From positions 364,870,001 through 364,934,000 of the forward strand of contig OZ024741.1 in the NCBI GenBank assembly GCA_964016885.1: 64,000 nt of DNA, in the 5' to 3' direction. Below the pieces are notes generated by a model, which saw only the letters and a list, made by a program, of their open reading frames with translations, made no database searches and was not told where the DNA came from. Of this stretch, positions 51,784 through 64,000 are shown in pieces. The first letter of the stretch is position 1. Each line of letters opens with the position of its first letter. Source of the stretch: Eledone cirrhosa. Lineage: Eukaryota. Both the position numbers and the translations under genes were made by a program.

Positions 51784-52488
51784 AAGGTAAAAATATACAT
51801 GCAAAGCTCAAATGTATGTAGGGTATTATATATGATAGTATATAATGGAGGAGTACAAATTATACCTGTATATTATTTTGTATGTATTAATCTTGATTAT
51901 ACGAATTTCACGTAACATACTTTGTATAACTCTCTTGAAACGTGTGTAAGGAATGAAAACTGATTTAAAAGCTAATTTTCCATCTATATATTTGATTATA
52001 TATATACGGGATATATAAGATTCTAGCTTTGCTTAGCTTCTTCAAAAACAGGGATATATGTAATCCCAGTAAATACTAATAAATGAGAAACGATGGCATC
52101 GTCGATCACTTCTCCTCCTTTTTGCTGAGCCAAGGTGTTTGACGATGGTCGCAAACTTAAAAATTCATAGCGAAAGGCCTTCAAACATTTTTCATAAACA
52201 TCCCGTATATGATTCAATATACAATACGTACATTTATATTCATATCGCTATGTAGGAGCAGCAATACCAATTTCTATATATATATATATATAGTGCTACA
52301 GCTCCGTTACAAATATACATTTGGTTTGCACTTCGAGTATTTTGATCGCATGCGCGTTCTAAACACCCTTTGTTTGAGTGAGTAATTGGGAGCAGATTAG
52401 ACTACGGAGAACATTTTCCTATCGTCTTGGTATATATATATACATATACATACTTGCATGCATACACACACACACACATATATATATA

Positions 52489-52552
<64 letters not shown>

Positions 52553-52631
52553 CATACACATACATATACGTGTTTTGCAACTGGTCACTTTGTGGCTCAA
52601 TGAAAAATTAATAAATTAAACAATCAGAGCT

Positions 52632-53028
52632 ATATATCATAAAACATGTCTATAGAATCACAAGATAAAATATAAACTATTTCCTCTCCCAATTAGCATA
52701 ATTAACTATATAAGAAATCGAATAGACCAGGCTATACGAATGAGGCTTCTATGAAGGAATCTCCGACAAATAACCGAAAGTAGCGCTTCGCGTCGACCGT
52801 AGCGGAATATTTATCGAATATTTCGACAGCGTAATCGCCTAGATATAGTCAACTAAACAGAATTAGGTTTCAAATAAACTAGGAGAAAATAGAATACATT
52901 TAAATACCTCTACCATGGTTTCGTCCGTGTTTTGAGTTTTCCAATAATTATGAAATAATTATATAAACTCGAGCGCCGGATTCTTCAGGAAGCTCGCTCA
53001 TATCTTGTGATTCTATAGACATGTTTTA

Positions 53029-53035
<7 letters not shown>
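52632..53035 (-). mobile_element. Fold-back element with ~35-bp terminal inverted repeats and an internal hammerhead
   Basis: TATCATAAAACATGTCTATAGAATCACAAGATA and its reverse complement at 53001-53033, followed by (TA)n. Confidence 0.75.
52906..52993 (-). ncRNA. Minimal type I hammerhead ribozyme with long stem II
   Basis: GCTTC-CTGAAGA-aTCCG..GAGTTT..AAACTC..CGGAc-GAAA-CCATGG-TA-GAGGT. Confidence 0.65.
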
Positions 53036-53085
<50 letters not shown>

Positions 53086-53192
53086 CAAATAGATATTTAA
53101 TTTGTTGGTAATTCATCAAATATATTTATAACACCACTCGCCAGGTTTTCAATGATATTAATAAATGGAAACTATATTTATAAAACCATATT

Positions 53193-53254
53193 TATTCTAT
53201 TATATATATTTCAAGGGTACCAAAAACTTTGGTACGCTCTCATCAGATAAAATA
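53193..53254 (-). ncRNA. Minimal type I hammerhead ribozyme
   Basis: TATTTTAT-CTGATGA-GAGcGTACCAAA(GTT)TTTGGTACcCTT-GAAA-TATATA-TA-ATAGAATA. Confidence 0.75.
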
Positions 53255-53637
53255 CAAAATTTGTTTTATAAATAGTGACATACCCAGGAATCAGACTTTA
53301 ACAGTTCAGGTTCCATTTGGATAGTGAGAGGAAAGAGGAAAGAATAAGAAAAGAGGAAGAGAGGAAAGAAGAACAAATATTTCAAATTATTTTGTTGAAT
53401 ATGCATATGAGTTTGAAGCGTAGGGCTGAAAAACATCGTTATTTTTAGACGCTAGTTAGATTTAAATAATTATTAGGATATATAAATATGAAGAAGAAAG
53501 AGAAGCTTATATTAAAGTGTACGTGAATTTACAAATTAAAACGTTAAAAATTAAAATTTTTTTTAAGTGGTAGAATATCAGTCAAGAAATTTAAAATGTA
53601 ACTAAAGGATGAGTTGTAATATTATATATATAATCAT

Positions 53638-53820
53638 TGATTAGCAGTATCGGTAGAGGGACGGACGCCATGCTTTGCAGCACAGGTACGTCCCTTTACG
53701 GACTGAGTTCAAATCCCGCCGAGGTTAATTTTGCCTTTCATCCTAACGGGGTCGATAAAATAAAGTACCAGTTATACACTGGGATAATTGCTGGCCCTGT
53801 GCCAAAAGTAGAAACAATTG
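53638..53820 (+). mobile_element. Family A SINE
   Basis: A-box, GAGTTCAAATCC, Nin-like domain and tail. Confidence 0.85.
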
Positions 53821-54742
53821 TAATTAGATTATATGAAGAATTATGGTTGTAAGTACACTTTACCTTATATTAATAAATGGAAACTAGATTTATAAAACCA
53901 TATTTATTGTAATATATATATATATTAAATATATATAAAATAAAGAAATTTATATTACACCATATATATATATATAAATATCTGTATAGGTAAAATAAAT
54001 ATTATTGGTGATTATATATTCTATTATTTTTAATAGATATAAAACACATAATTTGTTTACATTTTCAATATATATTACGAAGGATGTTGAGTTTACATTT
54101 TAAGTATATAGTTACGAAAGAGACGTAGTTCGAATTTTAGTAGAGAAGAACATTTTGTACATTCAAATAGTTTCATCAAAGATTGAAAATATTTACAGAA
54201 AATTATTAAGTTAAAGGAATTACATAGAATTTAGTGTATATATTTTGTTACGAAGAATGCCAATATTAGTTGTTAAAGTATTAACGTTAGATTTGTTTTA
54301 TATTTTAGAATTTACTTAGAAAATTAACTGTTTAATTTGTAAATTCATGTACCCTTTAATATAAGTTTCTCTTTCTTCTTCATATTTATATATCCTAATA
54401 ATTATTCAAATCTAACTAGCGTCTAAAATTAACAATTTTTTTCAGCCCTACGCTTCAACCTCATATGCATATTCATCAAAATAATTTGAAATATTTGTTC
54501 TTCTTTCCTCTCTTTCTCTTTTCTTATTTTTTCCTCTTTCCTCTCACTATCCAAACGGAACCTGAACTATTAAGGTCTGATTCCTGGGTATGTCACTATT
54601 TATAAAACAAATTTTGGATTTTATATTTTGTATTTGTATTTTATATTTTGTATTTTATATTTTGTATTTGTATGAGTGCGTACCAGAGTTTATATATAAT
54701 AGAATAAATATGGTTTTATAAATATAGTTTCCATTTATTAAT

Positions 54743-54813
<71 letters not shown>

Positions 54814-54858
54814 ATGATATTAATAAATGGAAACTATATTTATAAAACCACATTTATT

Positions 54859-54935
<77 letters not shown>

Positions 54936-55062
54936 AGATAAATCTACCAAAATGTACGGTAGTGTCCAATCCGTATGAAGAACTCAATGTAATCCAAATA
55001 TCATGAAAAGAGAAGATGTATTCAAAATATTTTCGATGAAAAACACAGGAAAACAGAGTCAA

Positions 55063-55365
55063 GATAAATTAATAAAAATAATGAATAAAAACAAAGAAAC
55101 AGTTCCTTATATTAAAAAATTCATCATTTTACGATCGTTTCTAGGATATATATGGGTGTGTTGGTATGTATATCATATAGATCTATGTAAAATTTTTACA
55201 AACTATCACATATATATGCTGTCTTCTGAACATTTTTTTTACATAGATCTATATGATATACATACCAACACACACATATATATCCTAGAAACGATCGTAA
55301 AATGATGAATTTTTTAATATAAGGAACTGTTTCTTTGTTTTTATTCATTATTTTTATTAATTTAT
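55063..55365. mobile_element. Fold-back element with ~130-bp arms
   Basis: 55063-55192 is the reverse complement of 55236-55365. It contains the hammerhead 3' half GAAA-CGATCG-TA. Confidence 0.8.
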
Positions 55366-55380
55366 ATATATATATATATA

Positions 55381-55730
55381 TATTAGGGTGGTCCTTAGCA
55401 ATAGGTAATGTTCCCTTATCCTATTTCAAGCAACAAAATAACGGGGTGTGCAAAGTTTTAGCTCAATTGGACAACTGTTAGGCGACCCTCAAACGCCTTG
55501 AAGTTGGAACATAGTATATGCAACGATTAATTCTGTTCAAAAGCGGTATACTGTTCCCTATCTCGACCATTTTTTTTCTTCTTAGAGAAATTTATGTGGA
55601 CACCTCCAGGCAACAAATATTAGGTTTTCTTAATAAAGCACACAACTTCTATAAGAGAAACGCATTTTTATTTACAAGAATAATTTCTATAGAATCAAAA
55701 ACATAATGTGAATACTGAACACTGAATATT
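55381..55730. mobile_element. Possible DNA transposon terminus (also 59022-59290)
   Basis: Both start TATTAGGGTGG(T/C)CCTTAGCAATAG after TA. No partner inverted end was found. Confidence 0.35.
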
Positions 55731-56079
55731 GAACATTATTTTTTCATAAAGTACCAGTAATGTACTGGGTTATTGCGGGCCTTGTGCCAAATGTAGAAAC
55801 AATTATTTTTGCATAAGGTACTGGATTGGCAGTATCGGAAGAGATTCGGACGCCATGCTTTGCAGTATAGAGTTTTATAACCAGGATCATGCTTCCACGT
55901 TGAAGGTCGAGGAATCGGTGAAGATAGAAAATCTCGTGAGGAAAGTTTTCGTACCAGGAGTTATAAAAGACGAAAACTCGATGTTTGTCAAGGAAGAAAA
56001 ATCCTTTTGGTGCAGAATGTACCTCTTCAGTTGACTTTTTTCACCTTTGCTTCCAGCATAACTTGAGCAATATTTACCT

Positions 56080-56520
56080 TAACCTTTCCTTGCTCTCCTT
56101 GCTCTTTTTTCTCACTGCTCACCTTGCTCTCCTTTTATCCTTGCTCTCCTTGCTCTCCCTTTCTCCTTCCCCTCCTTGATCTCCTTGCTCGCCTTTTCTC
56201 ATTGCGCTCCTTGCTCTCCTTTCCCCTTACTCTCATTGCTCTCCATGCTCTCCATGCTCTCCTTTTACCCTTTCTCATTGCTCTCCATGCTCTCCTTGCT
56301 CTCCTTTTATCCTTGCTCTCCTTGCTCTCGCTTTATCCTTGCTCTTCTTGGTCTCATTTTCTCATTGCTCTCTTTGCTCACCTTGCTCTCCTTGCACTCC
56401 TTTTCTCATTGCTCTCCTTGCTCTTCTTGCTCTCCTTGCTCTCCCTTTATCATTGCTCTCTTTGCTCTCCTTTTCTCACCACTCTCCCTTTCTCCTTGCT
56501 CTCCCATTTTCCTTTTATCT
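56080..56520. repeat. CT-rich minisatellite built on TTGCTCTCC
   Basis: Direct inspection. Confidence 0.85.
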
Positions 56521-56609
56521 ATGTACTTGTATATATACCAATACAATGAGAAAGGGGGTGCAAGGAGAAATATGAAAGCAAGGATACTGAGGGGAGTATA
56601 TACATACAT

Positions 56610-56683
<74 letters not shown>

Positions 56684-57719
56684 TAACAGATTAAAGTTTA
56701 AGCAAAGAATCGCTGCTTTCACCCTTAACAGGATCTTCTGAAACAAACAAAGTCAATCTGTAAACGCAGTTGGATATTTCAAAAAACGTTGCAACCGGAG
56801 GAACACAGGAAGACGATACTTTGGTTCGTGGAAACGTTCCCTGGCAAAGAACGGGAAAAAACGAATATAATACGTCATAAATAGATGCGGTGAAAAACAA
56901 TTACGCGCAAAGACAGAACCACGTTTATGGTATAAAAGAGGTCGTAGACTAATGTTCTCTTAGGTGGTTCATAGAGACGTTCTCTGGCAATGAACGAAAA
57001 AAACGAAGATAGTACGTCATATGTGGAGCGTGGAGAACAATTGCACGCAAAGACAAAACCACGTAAATGGTATAGCAGAAGTCGTAGACTAAAATTCTAA
57101 CTAGGAGACCAAATGAATCTCCGCTACAGAGTTAAGAACAAAGTAAATAAATACAATACAGAGGTAATAGAAATTAAATAAATACATACACGCATACAAA
57201 TACGTACATACACAAGCATACGCGAAAACACTTACCATAGGTATACAAAACCACGCACATAAAAATATGTGTGTGTGTGTATGCGTGTATACAAATAAAT
57301 AAATAATTAAATAAACGTATATAAATAAAATACGTATATAACAAGCGCACACACATACCTACATGTAAATACACAAATGTTCGGAGACGTAAGTCAACCA
57401 AACATGAAGTACACATATACACACACCCTACATACGTACGAACCTGCATACTCACACAGACGCAAAACTCCCGTATGCACATAACCAAACCATATTTACC
57501 AGAATATATAAAATTATACGCCATAACATATACAATCAAATATACGTACGAGAAGCTATACGTACCTTCACAAAACATACAGGTAATATATACTTACCTA
57601 TGCAAATAAGTAATGGTATAAATAAAACATATACTTAGCTACCACATCAAGACGTAAAATATCCACGTATAGATCGTACTATCCGTTAGGGTATAACGTG
57701 GGGCTGTAATACAGGAAAG

Positions 57720-58078
57720 TTTTGTGCAATTTATGTTTACAAGCCGAAATTGCCTCAGATGTTTTGTTTAAGATGAGGTCTGTGGTGTAGAGTATTTCCA
57801 GGGCCTCAGCGGCGCAGAGGTCACAGGTCTTTTATTACTGTTATACGATCTAGCCCTAGCTAGGATCTCCCAGTGTAACTTATATTGGGTGTGGTTGTCT
57901 CTTAGACTCCAGATATAAGCTGAAAGTGACGTCATATTCCTTCTTAGAGGGTAACGAAAAGAATAGGTATGCATGTAAAGACGGTGCTTGAATCTATTGG
58001 CGGTTAACCCTATGTAGGCCCTACGGGACGTGGGTGTTTCAACCTTACATTTGTAGACAATGTTACTAGAGAGGCGTA
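57720..58078 (-). mobile_element. Penelope-like GIY-YIG endonuclease fragment, 5'-truncated at a (TA)n tract
   Basis: NIVYKCKV...[19 protein letters not shown]...TSLSAYIW.L...WEILARA..Y, then after a frameshift CDLCAAE...LNK.SE.ISACKH. Confidence 0.85.
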
Positions 58079-58081
58079 CAT

Positions 58082-58374
<293 letters not shown>

Positions 58375-59300
58375 TAGCGAGAATCGTATTTCGGCTATTG
58401 GAAATTAGCGAAAAACAACTTCCGAGATGTGTGGCAAGCGTTCCATAGAAGCTAGTGAACTAGAACTACAACATAAGTTAAAAGGCCAAACACACTGAGA
58501 CGCTGGTTAAACCATTATCCGCACAGCCATAGAAACAACCAAGTAATTCGGGTCAAACAAATAAAATATGATTGAAAATTATACCTGGACCCCTGGAAGG
58601 TTGGTAAAATCCAGCATTTGGGTTTCTGCAATTCCTAAATCAGGTACTGTCTGCTTAGACAAATAATGTTAAGCTTTTGGTAAGATGATTGAACAAGGAA
58701 GTCACTTTCTCAACCGGCTTTTAGTTCAAGTGCCAAACCAAGGACTGACTGTTATCAAAACCCACGTGGGGCTCGACAAGGGGGGAAACCCTTAGTTTTG
58801 GCGGATGAATTCAGAATTCAACAGAATGGTTTTAAAACTAACAAAAGCTATTCATCAGTCAATAGAATTAACTAAAAAAAAAATCAAGAAAAAAAAAAAA
58901 AAATATATATATATACATATATGTATACATGTATATATATATATATATAGAGAGAGAGAAAGAGATATCTCAATACCAAGTACTCATTTCTCTCAGCTGT
59001 CAACCACATACGGATATATGTATATTAGGGTGGCCCTTAGCAATAGATAATTTTCCGAAAGTTAAAATTTTGCTGCTCCCACAGCGAAAAATAGGTATTT
59101 ACCCTACACCTGCGCTCTGTCCACAGCTTTGCAAGTTGCCTTCCCCATTATATTTATTGTCACTTATTCTTCTAATACCAAGAAGAAGTCTGGACAAGTT
59201 TTTAATTTAAGAGACCATATCTCTACATTTTTGCGTTAAGTGTGCTCACTGATTACCCCAATTTTCCCATCGTACCACACCCAATTCAATATAGTATATA

Positions 59301-59620
59301 TATCATCATCATCATCGTTTAACGTCCATCTTCCACGCTAGCATGGGTTGGACGGTTTTGTCCCATTTGAAGCGAGATTGGTCGGGAGACCGTATTTCTC
59401 TCATACAGAACTGTCTCTGGCAGGTTTTTTACGGCTAGATGCCCTTCCTAACACCAACCACATTTACAGTGTGGACTGGAGCCTTTTTACCATGTCTCCT
59501 CCACGGCGACTTTACAGTGTGGACTGGGTGCTTTTTGTAGTGTCACCTACATGACCACTTTACAGTGTCGACTGGGTGCTTTTTGTCGTGTCACCTACAT
59601 GACCACTTTACAGTGGACAA
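59301..59620 (-). mobile_element. RTE-tail SINE/LINE 3' end with internal ~40-bp tandem repeats
   Basis: (CAT)n-CGTTTAACGTCC...TTTTTACGGCTAGATGCCCTTCC, and four TTTACAGTG units. Confidence 0.65.
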
Positions 59621-61082
59621 AAATGGGAGGATGGAGTAGGGTGTGTGGTTGGGGTGTTTATAAACAGACACACATTATGAATCAAGTCACACATGCATTC
59701 ATTTTTCTTCTCTCTCACTTCTTTCTTTCTCTTACTCTCTTTTTCCCTGGAATAAATTAGCTGTGGTCACATCTGGAGATGACTGGGGTCCACCAGATTC
59801 AAGATGCCCAAGACACACCACTTACTTCCTCAGTGACAATCCAATCCCATCAGTACACCTTACCTTTAGTTCAACGTCAAGGTGTACACGCATATTTTAT
59901 TTTTCATTTTCACATTTATGCATATTCACTAAAACAGGTATATTATTCCACCCACATGCTGTAACTATTCTAAATTAATCGAACATTCTCATCTATTGTA
60001 ATCATATTCCATTGTCTTATTTCCCATATATTGCCTTTCTGATACAGCCAGCAAACAGCAGAAAGGTCAGCGGTACAGCTTTGTCTTTCTTTCAAGAGAA
60101 ATAACTGTCAATGATAGAGTTCACTGACGTTATTGCTGTTGTTGTTCACTGAAGTTATTGCTGTTGTTGTTCAGGTCTTCTCAGAAAACCAGAATGATGA
60201 TCCCCTTACAGGCAGTGAACAACAGGTCACACATCTTTATGAGCCAGCAGGGTTATCACATAACCGTTTTTATCCTAGTGCTCATGAATTTCGAGATCGC
60301 AAATTAGTTGCATCTAAAAGTCCAGGCCTTTCAAGAGGATTTATTTTCATATTGAATAGTAAAGACCCACAATATTACGCTGGGTTATTCCGCAGAATTC
60401 ATTGTACTTAATATTACGCAACAACTTGTTAACGATGGCGCTGCAATTCCATTAGACTAATCTAGTAGCCCTTCTGATATCAGAATCAGCAATGGGGAAA
60501 ATCCACTTACTTTTAAAGCTATGCTCAAAATTAGAAGGATTAATCAACCTACATTCATGGCTGGAAAGGGAATCAAATTTTCGGTCTTTGAAAGTGAAAG
60601 AGGGGATCTGGATGGCGAATGGTCTTCACGGTATTTCATTTTTAGCAGAAGGGTTAGGTGATTTATGACAATATGCATATCGTGATATGTTGTAATATGT
60701 ATGTAAACTTGGTTTAATCTTACGTTTCATATAAATGCCATTAATTGCTAACACTTCCATAATTCATACAGTAATTTGCAATGATAGGAAGTGAGAATAT
60801 ACTTAACATGAAGAGTGTGGTTCTTCCTTTAACATTCGCCCAAGAATATCCAGCAGTAGCTCTAGAACCTAATAGCTGTCCTACTGTCTCATCACTTGAT
60901 AGGAACTGACTAATAGAAATGAAACTTACACATCATCCAATGACAATCAGACTCCTTTGGGAGTCATTGCTACAACATTTTGAGAGTAATGCAGGGTTAA
61001 GTCAAAAACTGTTAATTCATTCATACATGAATATATACATGCATTGGAGAATACATATAGAATATATGAAATTTATAGCTAG

Positions 61083-61220
<138 letters not shown>

Positions 61221-61299
61221 ATATCGACCGACTTTCGTCAAATCCGACCGAGTAAACAATGTTTTCGTCGGTCTTTCCAGTTGCTAATACTATCTATCG

Positions 61300-61430
61300 G
61301 TCGCAACTCCAGGTAGACGAAGCAACGTGAAATAAAGTGTCTTGCTCAAGGACATGACGCATCGTCCGGTTCAGGAATCGAACACACAACCTCAAGATTG
61401 TGAATCCAATTCTCTAACCACTCAGCCAAA
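61300..61430 (-). mobile_element. tRNA-derived SINE head
   Basis: Minus strand reads TGGCTGAGTGGTTAG...GTTCGATTCC...GTCCTTGAGCAAGACAC. Confidence 0.7.
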
Positions 61431-61561
61431 GAAATCGAAGAATCGAAAATGCAACTGGTGTCTTTTTAAGAATATTTATTTTCCTTTGCCGGTTTCACAG
61501 TTCTTATGCTTTTCAAAAGTAGAATTGAGATGGAGGGTTTATGGTTTTTCTCGCACACACA

Positions 61562-61623
<62 letters not shown>

Positions 61624-62095
61624 GAAAAACAAGGGGAAGAAGAATACTGCATGGTTGCAGATGGATTACATATTATAAAATTAGTCCCTCATCAGTGATT
61701 TTGCCAACCATCATTGGTATTTCATCGCATTAAAAATCAGATACCTCAGGTTGGTGCGAGCAATAACTAAAATAAGCTATTGGGACAAGTGAAACGCGTA
61801 AAGCGAGTGAGACAAGTAAACAACTTGTGTGTGTGTGTGTGTGTCTGTGTGGGTGTGTAACTGGCACTCGTTCTGTTACGACGACGAGTGTTCTAGTTGA
61901 TACGATCAACGGAACAGACTGCTCGTGAAATGAACGTGCAAGTGATTGAGCACTCCACAGACACGTGTGCTACGGCTCACCCTTCGTATTAAAGATACAA
62001 CCCAGGTGAGTGGACTGGAGCAACGTGAAATTAAGTGCCTTGCACAATGACAGAACGCGCCACCGGGTATCGTGTATGTATATATATACATACAA

Positions 62096-62131
62096 GTAAA
62101 AAACAAAAACAATAACAAGGAGTGCAGTTAC

Positions 62132-62165
<34 letters not shown>

Positions 62166-62202
62166 GTAACTGCACTCCTTGTTATTGTTTTTGTTTTTTA
62201 CT
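62096..62202. repeat. Perfect palindrome with ~40-bp arms and a (TA)n centre
   Basis: AGTAAAAAACAAAAACAATAACAAGGAGTGCAGTTACGAA-(TA)n-reverse complement. Confidence 0.9.
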
Positions 62203-62205
62203 TTG

Positions 62206-62239
<34 letters not shown>

Positions 62240-62276
62240 ATTAAATAAATGGAAACTATATTTATAAAACCATATT

Positions 62277-62342
62277 TATTTCGTTATATATATTTCAGGG
62301 ATATCATATTAACAATATGTTATGCCATCTTCAGACAAAATA
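62277..62342 (-). ncRNA. Minimal type I hammerhead ribozyme
   Basis: Reverse complement of 62793-62858. Confidence 0.65.
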
Positions 62343-62792
62343 CAATATAAACAGTCTTATAAATAAATAAATAGATACGACATACCTTTCAATCACCTTG
62401 CATTTGGGAGGTTGATTTGGTAGTAAAAAATATTGTGGACATCTCTCTTTACATTAATACTAGAGCTAAATAAATAAATAAATAAATAAATAAATGTATC
62501 AACCGATACTCAACTTCCAAATTTCTCTATCTATCTCTTTCTTTTTTCCTCTCTCTATATATATTTCTCTCTGTTTCTTTACATGAAGTTCTTCTCTTTA
62601 TCTATCTTTCTATATCCCTCTATTTAGTCACATGCATTTCTTCTTTTTCTTCGTTTCTCTTTCTTTCTCTCTTTATCTCTTTCTTTTTACAACTATCCAC
62701 AATATTTTTTACTACCAAATCAACCTCCCAAATGCAAGGAGATTGAAAGGTATGTCGTATCTATTTATTTATTTATAAGACTGTTTATATTG

Positions 62793-62858
62793 TATTTTGT
62801 CTGAAGATGGCATAACATATTGTTAATATGATATCCCTGAAATATATATAACGAAATA
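62793..62858 (+). ncRNA. Minimal type I hammerhead ribozyme
   Basis: TATTTTGT-CTGAAGA-tGG..CATATT(GTT)AATATG..CCt-GAAA-TATATA-TA-ACGAAATA. Confidence 0.65.
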
Positions 62859-63900
62859 AATATGGTTTTATAAATATAGTTTCCATTTATTTAATATCAT
62901 AAATATACTCCAAATACTTGTTGAGTGCTTTTATATCAGTTATAAATATTTACTCGTTGTTAACCCAACAATTTAAATATAACTTTCCATATATATATAT
63001 ATATATATATATATGATATGTGTGTGTGTATTCTATTATTCTATTATGTGTTCCAACCGATAGGCTAAGGCCATGCTAGGGCACTGACATATTTTTCCAA
63101 GAACATTTTTATTAAGATATAAATATTTGGTTATTTTATGAAGCCTTTGGAAATTTGAAATTTGAAAATATAGTCGCCACTACGCAGACAACTATAAAAT
63201 ATTTAATAACTACAAATAACAGTAGAATAGATCGGGTAAAGTACTCTTTTAATACGGGTAATGCAACGACACATCTCTCCTTTAAACGTGCTCATCCGGC
63301 CTTCAAAAGATGCGCAGTTCAATCCTCGCAGTTTTCTCTCCGCTCTTTCTGTCTCCAAGAGTACTTTACCTGATTCATAATTAACATCTTCTATTATAGT
63401 TACCTGCATTGTGGCAACTACATTTTAACATTTTCAACAAGGTATGTAATTAATCAATAATATCTAATGCTAGAATATTGTTTCCTGAGATTAATAAATA
63501 TCTCTCTCCCAAGAAAGTCTTTAGAATATTGATCTGATTCATATATATCTTTAGTTATGTTTCAATACATTCCAATATCGTATACACGTCACATCAATTC
63601 TGTTTATTTTATCAAAGTTTCTTGTCAGACTTGGCTGGCAGAATGCGATCTCTGACATAAAAATTATCGAATTGCTATTGTTATTTAGTTATTCAAAGTT
63701 CAATTAGCTGTCCACAGATATTGGGAGGATCTGTCATTCACAATATGGAAATAAGCTACAAAGTCAACGTTATGTCTCGTCTCGTCATGTTATTGCTATT
63801 TAAGGTCTCACAAAAGACTTCGTCTTCATTCAGTATTCCAATGATCTTCCCCTGTTTACAATATCCAAATAAACTACAAAGATAACACACACACACACAC

Positions 63901-63997
<97 letters not shown>

Positions 63998-64000
63998 TGT

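Larger units (their letters stand above)
53152..54747. mobile_element. Diverged fold-back element with ~390-bp arms (53152-53540 and 54330-54747) and a nested SINE
   Basis: The arms are reverse complements. The terminus GATATTAATAAATGGAAACTATATTTATAAAACCA recurs at ~53868, 54815, 62237 and 62865-62900. Confidence 0.8.
62236..62900. mobile_element. Fold-back element with ~200-bp near-perfect arms, same family as 53152-54747
   Basis: 62236-62439 is the reverse complement of 62696-62900. Confidence 0.85.

Noticed and set aside
56705-56750. Minus-strand CAGAAGA-hairpin-GAAA hammerhead-like motif
   Set aside because: The core is mutated and there is no U-H cleavage site or stem I. At most it is a relic.

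Overview
AT-rich, microsatellite-dense animal DNA. The SINE/LINE repertoire suggests a coleoid cephalopod, probably an octopus (inference). No intact host protein-coding gene is visible, and most listed ORFs are artefacts of simple repeats. The window holds decayed retroelements: Penelope-like elements (PLEs) with RT and GIY-YIG, R4/Dong, Tx1/L1, RTE and CRE fragments, and many tRNA-derived SINEs. The standout is a near-perfect 464-bp tandem array at about 28389-35120. Every full unit carries an intact minimal type I hammerhead ribozyme (12 copies on the minus strand, 2 on the plus strand after an inversion) inside a long hairpin. Each unit also has an octamer motif, and units 3-12 mostly alternate in an A/B pattern. 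It resembles a non-LTR retrozyme or ribozyme satellite. At least five short fold-back elements elsewhere also carry minimal hammerheads with palindromic helix III, and three share the array's head-to-head geometry. This points to a PLE-driven system of ribozyme-bearing non-autonomous elements that insert into (TA)n tracts. Structures were paired by eye, coordinates of decayed elements are approximate, and no database search was run.
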